This document shows, one piece after another, positions 45,439-57,202 of a stretch of DNA of 64,000 bases (positions are counted from its first letter, which is position 1; each line of letters starts with the position of its first letter). Both the position numbers and the translations under genes were made by a program. The stretch spans positions 75,330,001-75,394,000 of the forward strand of contig NC_042997.1 in assembly GCF_006345805.1 (NCBI RefSeq), in the 5' to 3' direction. Below the pieces are notes generated by a model. That model was not told the DNA's origin. It was given only the letters and a program-made list of their open reading frames with translations, and did not search any database. The DNA comes from Octopus sinensis. Its lineage: Eukaryota.

Positions 45439-46522
45439 CCCTTTCGTTACTATATTTCTGACCAAAATACACCCCTTATGTGTTTCAATTAATTTCTAAC
45501 GTAATCATAAATTTAGTCTGGTTTCATTAAACAACTATAACTTTTTTATTTATCAATATATTAACGTGAATTTTGGAAGATAATTTAATGAAATGTTCTC
45601 AACCAATTCTATACTATAATTTTTGTCACAAAGTGACTCTAATTGCAGGAAGATACAGGTAAATTCAACAAAATATAAAATTATTAAAATTTTGTTCAAA
45701 CATCGCTATAGAAAATGGGTTATTAGCTAATATTCAATTGGGTATACAACAAAATTTTACGATAGAATTTGTTATTCTGGGTAACTTTCTGATACCCATA
45801 ATAATATTTATGGCAAAATAGTCTTAATTTCATTTAAGGTTGTGGGAAACGACAAACTATCCTTTCTTTCGTTTTGTTTACATTTAGCGTAACGGTTCGT
45901 TTCCGCCGTAATGATTTCAAATAGGTTCATTTGAAAAAGTAAATAGAAATAGTCTAAGGCTTTACTCTTCTGGGAAAGTCTGTGGCTTGGTCCAGTTTCT
46001 TCAGAAAAATCACCGAAAGAAACAGTTTTTAAATTTTCACTCCATTCAGGTGCCAATTCATTTTCTTTATCGCTGTCGGAGCTCTCGGATTCACTGTTTT
46101 CACTTTCGGAAAATGAAACATCAGATTTATTATCAAATACCACATGCTTTTTTTTTCAGTCATAGAGTTAGATTTATCAAGGTCTTCAGTAGAAAATCCT
46201 TCGAATTCTGACTCGCTGCTTGATATAATGAAATTCGTATCCATTTTTTGTCAGAATTACAAATTTTGAAAACACAATAGGAACAAATTTCGAAAAAAAT
46301 CTCTCAAAATTCACGGAATTAAAATTACACTTCGATTTTTGTACAAAACTGTAGTTGAACTGTTTATGAAGTATAATACGTGTTTTCACGAATGTACTAA
46401 AGAGATTTGCTCTGATATTCTCATTTAAATATGAGTAGGTAAATATGGGCGGCTTTGGGCGGTTTGGTCACATTAACCAAAATTTTTTTCGGGCGGTTCT
46501 GGGCGGTTTGGTATCGAAAGGG
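45439..46522 (-). mobile_element. piggyBac internal-deletion derivative, copy 2
   Basis: TTAA TSDs 45435-38 and 46523-26; same TIRs, same deletion breakpoint, near-identical to 5880-6964; ORF frameshifted in a T-run near 46148-46156. Confidence 0.93.
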
Positions 46523-47429
46523 TTAAGTAGTTTTTATGTAAGGTAAAACTGTTTACTTAGCACTATTTTCAGTAGATTAAACTGATATGAAGGTTCCTCA
46601 AATTTTTAATATTTGGTAGTCTAAATGTAGAAACAAAACTTTTTTCTAGAATTTCGATCCCTCTCTCAGGTGGTTGCAGAGGCCACACCACATATCTTAG
46701 CAGATTATCAGTCCTTTAGATATTTCCAGAGCCCGCTCATTCACTCATCACAGGAATAAAAATGTAAATGGGCAGAGTTTCAGAATAGCTATCACTATTA
46801 ATTCAAAATTCCTTTTTATAATTTTTCATAATTTTGCATTATTCCAGTTTGTCAAACACTTGATATTCCCATTCTGGAAGAAAAATTTCTTCAAAATTCC
46901 ATGTTTTAATGATTGATTACTATTTTTAGCAGCTCTTATTACTCTATGCTCACTCTATTGGTTAATCGTTTGTACAAGTCAAAAGAAAAAAAATATTTAT
47001 AATCTTCACTTTCATTTTGCTTTGTTATATTTTAGTAGTCATGCTGGTGATGGAAGAGTGAAGTAGACAAGCCATAAAAGTAAAGAGATAGGCTTGAAGG
47101 GATTGGAAGAATGGGGGTAGCAGAGAAATATTCCAGGTAGCTAGAAGAGAAGGTAGGCAACAGGTCTATGTAATAAGGAGAGAAGCAGAAAGTAAGAGGT
47201 TTGCCTATGTTCTACAGCATGCAGGCCAGAGGTGTGAGGTGATCCAAAATGCTAGACAGTTTGTTAGAGAAAATCATGTTGTAGAAGAGAAGTATGTATA
47301 GATGGCTGGTGGTACACTTGCTCTGAGTGATTCTGTAAAAATGAATAAAAGGCATGAAAGTGCCAGTATGTGAGGCACTAAGTAGAGAATGCATGGGAGG
47401 AGAGTCTTCCTAATATAAACCTGACAGAG

Positions 47430-48780
47430 GGACCAGCTATCTATTTTGACATCAGTGTGTGAGATAAAGCAATTAAGGATATGGAGAGCAGCTCCCTGCC
47501 TATCAGGAATTACTAAAATGCTTAAAATATCTTGCAGAGTGGAATATGGCCTAGGCACCCATATAGTTAATCAGGTTGTTCAGGAAGGCATCATACAAAA
47601 TAACTAATGCAGCAGTATTATAATCAACTGTTAAAAGGGTAAAGGTGATGCCTTAGAAAGAAATAATTACAGTGGTATCAAATTGCTGGACTAGGTCATG
47701 AAAGTTATAGAAAAGGATTATAACTCAACTAATTAGAAAGAGAGTTAGCTTAGATGAGATACAATATGGTTTTGTGCCATGGAGAAACACTACTAATGCT
47801 CTCTTTCTAGTAAGGCAACTGCAGAAGTATCTAATGAAAAATAAACTGCTGTACTTGGCATTTGTCAACATGCAGTAAGCTTTTGACAGGGTTCCTTCCT
47901 CCCTCATCTGATGGTCACTGCAGATGTTGAATGGCTGGTGATAGCCATCCAAGCCATGTACAGGGCTGCTGTCAGTAAGGTGAAAATTGGCAATGAGTTC
48001 AATACGGAATTTAGTGAGCATGTTGGAGTTCACCAGGGTTTGGTTCTCAGTCCCCCTCCTGTTTATTATAGTCTTCCAGGCCATAGCAAAAGAGTTTAAT
48101 ACAGGTTGTCTGTGGGAACTCCTCTATGCTGATGACCTTGTTCTTATAGCTGAATCTGTAGAAGAATTAGAAATGAAATTCCAAGCATGAAAACATTACC
48201 TAGAATCAAAGGCCATAAGTTTAACTTTGCGAAAGCCAAAGTTCTACTTAGGAGGAAAACACAAATTACAAATCTCTTCAAGAAAATAGCACTGTTTGCT
48301 ATGTAGAAAAGGTGTAGGTATAAATTTTGTATGATGTACAAAGAGCAAACTGTTGACACATAAGAGATGTGGAATAGCAAGAAGGTTAACAGGGGAAGTA
48401 TGAGAAAGCTTAGTGAGGTATTATGTCTGTTTGTAATAAAAGGCCTCTATCTTAGAGTGAACAATAGATTGTATGATGCTTGCATACATGGTAATAACAC
48501 ATGGGCCATAAATGGAGAGAACATGTGAAGGCTAGGAAAAAAATGAAGCTTTGCCAGATGTGCAACAAAGAACAAGTGTGTTGAGAGAAAAGTTGAACAT
48601 AAGAGGCACTGGTATGGTCATGTGAAGCATATGAATAAGGACAGCTGCAGAAAGAAGTACTAGGGAAGCTGAGGAAGGTGTGGGATGTAAAACATGACCT
48701 CCAGTTGTTGAGTCTCACAGAGATGGCAAAACATTAAGATGACTGGTGATTTGCTATGTTCAAGAAGACCTATCCATCGT
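47430..48780 (+). mobile_element. Degenerate RTE LINE ORF2 fragment
   Basis: NYSGIKLL, QYGFVP, AFDRVP, VGVHQG.VLSPLLF, ELLYADDLVLIAES motifs with stops. Confidence 0.8.
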
Positions 48781-50427
48781 AGCACAAATGTTGTTCCAAA
48801 AGCTTACTATTTGTGTCTAAGCCCCTGACCCAATGCTCCAAATGCGTCCCTTTCCCTCACTACTCACCATAATACACACCCCTCCAGTCAATGGCACTAT
48901 TCACTTAGCTGTTGTAACTATATGAGAGTCACTTCCTTTTTATCTCACCATTTTGGTATGTCCCTACCATCTTATTTTCCACTGAGTGCCCCTCATCTTC
49001 ACTCTTACCCTGTACACCTCTTCATTCTGCCAATGGGAGTCTCCCATTGTTTATGTTCATCTCCCCTCATCCCTAGCACTGTGCATCTCTTGCATAAAGC
49101 CCATGCTCCACATCATCTGTACTACCATCTATCACCTCCCTGACCCAATCCTAGTTCCTCGACCCTCTCTTCTCCAAGCTGATATTCACCATGGATCACA
49201 TCTCTACTTGTGTTCACCATTCTCCTTCCAACTTTATCCATCGGCCACTTTCTTTGTCATGTACCTGAAGATACTTTCCTGTAACAAACTATTTCTTTTG
49301 TAACTCTGTCTAAACTCTTTGTTTTCATTGTTGTTTCAGAATAGCAATCGCAATTAAACTGATGTCTTTAAATACATATTTTTCATTATTTTTAGTGTTT
49401 ATATTTGTCATACAATTGAAATTAACTTTCTGTAAAGGAAAAAAAAAATTCCTCCAAAATTCCATTTTTTTTAATTGCCTACAACCTGTTATTTTGGAAA
49501 TTTTTTCATCCTTTTTTCCTCATTTTGCACTTCAATTATGTTTGTAATGCAGTGGAAATAGCCAAATCTGAGGAGGTGGGATTTTTGTTGAAAAGTTTTA
49601 TTTTTTTTACTTTACACAATTTTAAGACAAAAGTTTTTTTAGCAGTGTTTGAATCAAGAATGCTATTTAACTAGCTATAACTATTTTGCTTGTTTTTCAA
49701 CAACTTTCTCACATATTTAAGCTTTTCAAACTGAAGTGTTCATAAATTTTCAAAAACAAGCAAAAAACAACCTTGATTTGAATTTTGTTAAAGCTAACCA
49801 TTCCCTCATCACTAAATTTTGTGGGATGTGTTAAAACAAAGTTGTCATTTGTCTTGCATCTTACAAAGGCATGAAATTATGATCAACTTCTTTTCATTTT
49901 CCATTTTTTTATTATTTTGAAATTATAATCTTTTTACATTGATGATAGTTTGTAAAATATAAATGAAAAATAAATTGTTAGAAAAAATAACCCAAAAAAG
50001 AAAACACATACAGCTGGCTAAATGGTGTGCTTCAGCACAAATTCTGCCTTTGGATTTATGTTTAAATTTTTTTTTTTGAAAATATATAGATGATGGAGTT
50101 TCAGCAATCTGTTGTTCTAGGTACATGTAACTTCAGGATTGAAAGTGAAAGAAAACTAATTTTAAAAAATACAAAAATATTCTTGAAATGTTTTGTTGCA
50201 AAGTTTTAGTTTTCTTTGAATTATAGATTAAAATAGAATTTAGATGGGATAATACTCTTTTATGCATTTAATAAATTTATTAAGTGACTTTTAAGCATTT
50301 ACATATTTGTTTTACTTAATTTGGATACCCAAGCCTAATTTTGTTTTTTTCTCGGATTGATTTTGTTTCATTATCAATCCTGCAGTTATATGCAAAGGTT
50401 TGTGATTGATTTGGTTGATGGAAACTG

Positions 50428-50481
50428 AAAGAAGCCTGATGTATGTATGTATGTACATACATACATACATCAGGCTTCTTT
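50428..50481. repeat. Perfect 54-bp palindrome inside a SINE remnant
   Basis: AAAGAAGCCTGATGTATGTATGTATGT|ACATACATACATACATCAGGCTTCTTT, no spacer. Confidence 0.95.
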
Positions 50482-50513
50482 GTTTAGTGACTGAAACAAA
50501 GAAAAGATAAAAG

Positions 50514-50557
<44 letters not shown>

Positions 50558-50611
50558 TATCATCATCATCAGCATCATTTAACGTCCATTGTCCATGCTG
50601 CATGGGTTGGA

Positions 50612-52165
50612 TTGTGTTGTGCAAGAGTACGATACCCCCTGCTGAGAATGGACTGGACCACTACATATAAATAGTAGTGGGATGAGTAAGTGAGGTAGTT
50701 TGTGCTAGTTCACACCGGTGTTTTCTGTTCAGTTTAATCCCTTTTGATCCCTGTTAGATGTGAGTCGCATTGTTAATTATCTGTTGAAGGTTTTTTTGTA
50801 AGGGTGAGCCTAATTGTGAAATTGTTGAATTGTTAGTTGCTGTGAATTTATAATTGGTTTTTTTCCCCATTTATGGGTGAAGTAGATGAAAAAAAAAGGA
50901 TGGCGTGTGAACCAGTTCCAGCTGGCTGCTATGTTCCAACTACTGGAAGAAGTTTAACTGCAGACGTATTACAGGTTTGAGAGGTGAAGATGGAGCAAAG
51001 GAAGTTGAAGGAGTTCAGCGAACTGATTAAGAAGGAGGGAACCAGTTTGAGGTTGACCCCGCTGCAAGATTTTACAGCTAGTGTAATGGAGTGGATAGTG
51101 GTATACAGAACATTGCTCACGGCAACGAAAAAATAGAAATAGTCACAATAGAGGCAATAGAGGAGTGTTTGAAGGAGGGAGAAGGTACGGCACAGTGGAA
51201 GTGAGGTTCACTAGTGAGCAAGAAGTGATAAACCACTCCACTGTGGCACTAAGGATACCAGAATGGGTACTTCTGCCAACTTACTGTGGCAAACAAGTGG
51301 CCAGGGTAGGGATTGGCAGAGTATCTCCAGAGATTGAGGAGGTGTGGCTGGTGGAAGCCATTATATATAATATGGAAGAAGATGTAAAAGTGTTGAAAGT
51401 AACAGGGACAAAAGAGGTAAACTGTTGGGAATACGGCCTTGAAGTGGCTATCTAAGTCAGTTTACAAGACTTGCACAAGATAGCGGAGGAGGTGATACTT
51501 CCAGAAGAGGTAAGATTGAGAGTAGTGGAGGGAAGACCTCCAACCTGTTACCAGTAAGGAGACACATGAGAGCAAGGTGTCCCTAGAATGAAGATAAAGG
51601 TGAAAAGGAACAGCAGCAGCAGGTTGATGAGTGGGAGCAAAATGCCGAAGTGACGACCCCAGTATGTGAGAAGTGTCTGGAGAAGGTGGAGGAGGAATAT
51701 ACGGTGGTAAATAGAAAAATAAAAAGGAACGAAGATGTGGATTCACTGCCAAAGAGTTCACTAAAGAAAAGGAAGAAAAGCAAACAGGAAGAGACACGAC
51801 GTAGGATTCCAACAACATCAACAAGGGAAGCCAACATGTAAAATCAAGTGGGACTACAGGAACAAGTAACTAAAAAAAAAAAATAATAAATGGCATATGG
51901 TGACTTATACAAAAAGCACAGAGCTTTAAAAGAAAATAGCAAAAATGAAGTCAGTAATAAGAGTGAAGCTAACAACAGAATACTATCCAGAGAGTACCAA
52001 GGCAATTGTAATTGACAAGGAGAGATGTGCTAGACTAAGAGAATGGTTTGGAAATAGGATAGACCCAACAAGAGTGTGCGAGAAGTTTGACAACTTACCG
52101 CCAGTAATAGATTATGAGGACCTTACATAAAATGGTAAAAGAAATATAAGTAAATGTTTGAAACT
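50612..52165 (+). mobile_element. Degenerate element encoding a LINE ORF1/gag-like protein only
   Basis: RRYGTVEVRF..LLPTYCGK.VARV.IGRV (RRM-like), LRVVEGRPPTCY..H.RA.CP decayed zinc knuckle, then an E/K-rich tail; no ORF2 follows. Boundaries approximate. Confidence 0.5.
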
Positions 52166-52169
52166 TTAA

Positions 52170-54520
52170 TGACTGTAACAGATGCAAAAAGAAAAAACAA
52201 AACGTGCTATAGTTGTCAGAAGCTGGGACACAGAAGTTGTTTTTGTAGAACAAGACTACAAGGCTCAAACACAAAAAGTTCTAAGGTGTTTTCAGCAGAG
52301 AGTGATTGCAATGAAAAAACAAGAAAATCCGTGCACATAAAAATAAATGATGTGAATACCAAATTACAGTTAGACACAAGTAGTGACATCTTGATTATAA
52401 ATGTAGATACTTGGGAAAAAATTGGTAATCTGAGATTATATAAAACAACAAAAATAGCACATGGTATAACAGGCAATAAATTATATTTCAGGGGCCAAAC
52501 ATGTATCGACATCACATTTCGTAGAGAGACATGTGAAGCAAAATTATTTGTTGTCATCATCATCATTTAACGTCCATTTTCCATGCTAGCATGGGTTGGA
52601 CAGTTCGACCGGGGTCTGATGAGCCAGGAGGCTGTGCCAAGCTTCAGTCTGATCTGGCAGTGTTTCTACAGCTGAATGCCCTTCCTAACGCCAACCACTC
52701 CGTGAGTGTAGTGGGTGAGAGGAGGTTGGCAAATGGCCACGATTGGTTGGTGCTTTTTACGTGTCACCAAAATGGACGCCAGTCAGGTGGTGCTGGCATC
52801 AGCCACACTTGGATGGTGCTATTTACGTGCCACCGGCATGGGTATCTTAACTACAATTTCCATTTGATTTTTATTTTGATGTTGATGTTGACGTACTTGA
52901 ATCAATAGGTCTCCTCAAGCACAGCGGGTCACTCTATGATCTCACTTCATTTGTCGGGTCTTCGAAGTCACAGCATATCTCCAGAGGTCTCAGTCTTTCG
53001 TCATAGACTCTGTGAGGCCCAATGTATGAAGGTCATACTTGACCACCTCATCCTATGTCTTCTTGTGTCTTCCTCTATCCCGGATTCCTTCAACAGTTTG
53101 GGAGTGGCACTTCACACATCTCTCCTCATCAATCTGTAGTACATGACCATACCAATGCAAACGTCTCTCCTGCACACCATATCCAATGCTTCTTATGTCC
53201 AACATTTCTCTCAGGGCGCTTACACTGTGTTGTGCATGGACACTGACATTACACATCCAGCGAATCATGATAGCTTCATTTCTTTCGAGCCTATGCATGT
53301 CCTCTGCAGTCACAGCCCATGTTTCACTGCCATGAAGCATGGCATTTCGCACACATGCGTTGTACAATCTACCTTTCACTCTGAGCAAGGGACCCTTTGT
53401 CGCCAGTAGGGGAAGAAGCTTTCTAAACTTTGCCCAGGTTATTCTAGTGGTATCACTCTCTGAGCATCCACCCCCACTACTAACTTGGTCACCTTGGTAG
53501 CAGAAACTATCAATTACTTCTAGTTTCTCCCCCTGGAGTGTAATGGAATTTTTTTTCTGAGTATCTGTGGTGTCTATTGCCTCTGTGCATCTGCCGCACA
53601 TGAAAGCTATCTTCTCGGTTAATTTTCCTTTGATGTTGCTGCACCTCTTATGTGTCCATAGCTTACATTGGGTACATCTTATGGAGTTTCTACCTACACC
53701 TTTTCTACAGATCAAGCAGGACCACCTACCCAAGGGGGTGTGTGGTGAGTTCTCCTTCCTACTTACAAGAACTTTGCTCTTTGCTACATTGACTCTAAGG
53801 CCTTTTGATTCTAGGCACAGATTGATTAGAACTATTCAATTTATAGCACCTCCCCATAAATCTTTACTGCAATAATGTAAACGGTTGTCCTGTTAAAAAC
53901 AAGCCTTCGGAAGAACTGAAGAAAACATTGAAAAGAATGAGAATGTTCCTGCAAGTGTTACCTAAGGTTTTAGGTCTATGTAGAAAGATGGAAACCTATT
54001 TCCAAGTAAATGAAAATATTGTACCTGTATTTAAAGCAAACAGAAAAGTACTGGTCATTAGCAACTGAAACCATAAATGAAGAGTTGGACAAATTCGAAA
54101 AGAGTGGAGTCATCAAAAAGGTGGATTACTCAAAGTGGGCAGCTCCCATGGTATGTATTACAAATAAGATTAAGCTGTGTGTTGATTTCTCTGCAGGACT
54201 GAACGACTGCTTAAAAACATATCACCATCCACTCCCGACTGCAGATGATATTTTTTCAAAGTTAAATGGTGAGAAATTTTTTCCAGATTAGATCTGACTG
54301 AAGCCTATTTACAGATAAAAATAAATGAAGAATGCTCAAAGTATTTGGCAATAAATACGCACAGGGGATTGTATAGATACACACAATTACCTTTTGGATT
54401 AAAGGTGGCACCAACAATATTCCAGCAAATCATGGATACTGTTATCTGATCGTGAATTTGCAATACCATGCTTGGAAGATATTTTGATAAAAAAAATTCA
54501 AATATCATGACAAATTGTTT
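52170..54520 (+). mobile_element. Ty3/Gypsy gag-protease and RT fragments, split by an RTE insertion
   Basis: CYSCQKLGHRSCFC knuckle; LQLDTSSDILII protease; SKWAAPMV..IKLCVDFS.GLN..HPLPT.DDIF, YLQI, INTHRGLYRY.QLPFGLKVAPTIFQQIMD RT. Confidence 0.85.
52555..53815 (-). mobile_element. RTE LINE 3' fragment with PHD-type finger in ORF2
   Basis: ORF 53053..53733: CLIC..CTQC..WTHKRC..CGRC, then LEVIDSFCY.GD, KGRLYNACVRNAMLHGSETW, LHWYGHV; family 3' UTR and (GAT)n tail. Confidence 0.9.
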
Positions 54521-55273
54521 TGTAACTTAAAGGATGTAAAGATAATTTATTTTATTATATTTAATAATAAATAAATAAATTATTTACATATCTGCAATAA
54601 AACAAAAACCCTTTAAAACAATACAGAAATTAAGCTACGCTTTCAGGTGAAAGAAAACTCCTAGTTAAATACTAAAGTCTCCAAATAACATTTCAAGAAT
54701 GCAAAGTCAGTATTTAGGTAGAATGTTAAAACTTATGGAAAACATTAACAATAAAATTAATATAAAATATGGCGAGTATCTAACAAATGGAAGGGAATTT
54801 TAGTAATATAATTAAAAAGTAATTTGTACGTCTTATCAGTATAATGAAAGAAAAGTTTAGAGGTTCAAATATATAAGAAAATAGAGAATAGATTGTAACA
54901 TAGGATAAGATTAATATAATTTAATATTGTAAATTGGGATAGATTAGAGCGTATAAGATAAATATATGAAAAAACAATATTAATATGCATTCATTAAAAT
55001 ATTGTTTAAAATACATAGTTATACTACAGGTTGATACTGAAAAATATTTTATACCCATACATCATATAAACATTATGAGTATCTAAATAATTTCAAAGTA
55101 TGAATAATCAATTGTATTCAAGGTGGTGGAATTGACTATATAAATAGTTAAATATCATTACTAGGGGTGTAATTAATTATTATTAGTAAGAAGTGAAATA
55201 GCAATAAAGATAAGGCAATAGAAAAATAATCACAATGTAGATGCTCGCTTTACTATATATATATATACATACA

Positions 55274-55318
<45 letters not shown>

Positions 55319-55333
55319 GAGTGTATATATATG

Positions 55334-55974
55334 AAGGACCGAGATCTCTGGAGATATGCTGTAACTGCAAAGACCCAGGCTGCTTCCTGCACCAGTTCCG
55401 CATAGCCCCTGCCCATTCAAAGTACTTGGATTTCAGAACAACCCGCTGTGCTTGAGGAGACCTATTGAGTCAAGTACATGAACATCGAAATAAATATCAA
55501 TGGAAATAGTAGTTGTGATACCTGTGCCGGTAACACATAAAAAGCACCATCCAAGCGTGGCCGATGCCAGCGCCACCTCGACTGGCTTCTTTGCCGGTGG
55601 CACGTTAAAAGCACCATCCGAACGTGGCCTATGCCAGCGCTGCCTCGACTGGCTTCTGTGCCGGTGGCATGTAAAAAGCACCATCCGAGCATGGCCAATG
55701 CCAGCGCCGCCTTCACTGACTTCCGTGCCAGTGGCATGTTAAAAGCACCAACCAATCGTGGCTGCTGCCAGACTCCCCTGGCACCTGTGCCGGTGGCACG
55801 TAAAAAGCACCCACTACACTTGCAGAGTGGTTGGCGTTAGGAAGGGCATCCAGCTGTAGAAACACTGCCAGATCAGACTGGAGCCTGGTGCAGCCTCCTG
55901 GCTTCCCAGACCCCGGTCGAACCGTCCAACCCGTGCTAGCTCAGAAAACGGACGTTAAACGATGATGATGATGA

Positions 55975-55978
<4 letters not shown>
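55334..55978 (+). mobile_element. RTE 3' UTR with tandem 67-bp units and (GAT)n tail
   Basis: TGCC(G/A)GT motif starts at 55525, 55592, 55659, 55726, 55788; GGACGTTAAACGATGATG tail. Confidence 0.88.
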
Positions 55979-56015
<37 letters not shown>

Positions 56016-56024
56016 AATTTAAGA

Positions 56025-57140
56025 CTGACTACCCCTGGGAGTTCAGCTATGCTAATGACCATGTTCTTATAGCCAAATTACTATCAGAACTAGAGAAGAA
56101 ATTTCAGGCCTGGATGTAAGGTCTAAAATCAACAGGCCTTAGAGTTAATCTACAAAAACCAAAGTCTTAATAGGAGAGCAGGCAAATCGCAAATCCCTTC
56201 AGGCAGATCAACCTGCTCGATCTGTAGGAAAGACGTTACCCGGTGCAAACTATGGACATATAAGAGGTGCAGCAATATCAGAGGAAGGTTAACTTGGAAA
56301 ATAGTTTTTGTGTGTGGAAGATGCACAGGTACAATAAGCACTAAAAATATAAAGAAAATGGACTCCATCAAATGCCAGCAGCTAAACTAGAGATAGTAGA
56401 CAGCTTCCGATATCTAGGTGACCAAGTCAGTATTGGAAGTGGACACTCTGAGAGTGTAGCTGTGAGAATAAGAATTGGCTGGGTACAGTTCAGAGAGCTC
56501 CTGCCTCTGCTGACAACAAAGGGCCTTTCCCTCAGGGTGAAAGGCAAACTGTATAATGCCTGTATGCAAGTAGTGATGTTACACGGCAGTGAAACATGAG
56601 CTGTGACAGCCAAGAATGTTAGCTTGAAAGAAAGGAAGCTAACATGCTTCACTGGATGTGCAACGTCAGTGTGCATCTGTGACAGTGAAAGCATCTTGAG
56701 TGAAAAGTTGGGTATAAGAGGCATCAGATGTGGTGTGCAAGAGACAACTGCACTGGTATGATCATGTGATGTGTGTGGACAAGGACAGCTGGGTAAAGAA
56801 GTGCCAATCTCTAACTGTGGAGGGAACCTGTGGAAGAGGTAGACCCAGAAAGACATGGGACAAGGCGGTGAAGCATGATCTTCAAACTTTGGGCCTCGCA
56901 ATGGCAATGACTAGTGACTGAAAGTTTTAGCGATATGCTGTGCTTGAGAAGCCACATATATGGCGTGTAAAAAGCATCTTTCAAGCATTGGGCCTCTTGG
57001 TAACATTGACACATGACTGAGACCGTTGGCAATATGCCATGCTTGAGAAGAAGTCTGGTGCAGCCCCTCAGCTTGCCAGCCCTGGTCAAACCATCCAACC
57101 CTTGCCAGCATGGACTACAGACATTAAAAGATGATGATTA
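56025..57140 (+). mobile_element. Degenerate RTE LINE 3' fragment (RT end, PHD finger, C-terminus)
   Basis: YANDHVLIA, CSIC..CKLWTYKRC..CGRC, LEIVDSFRYLGDQV, GRGRPRKTW. Confidence 0.85.
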
Positions 57141-57202
57141 TAGTCATACATATATATACATTTCTATAGACATATATACACACACACACATATTTATATA
57201 TA

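Noticed and set aside
55521-55815. CRISPR-like array or twister/pistol ribozyme
   Set aside because: The 'spacers' are homologous to each other (a tandem repeat), the context is a eukaryotic LINE UTR, and the twister UCCCAAGC loop and pistol P2/P3 are missing.
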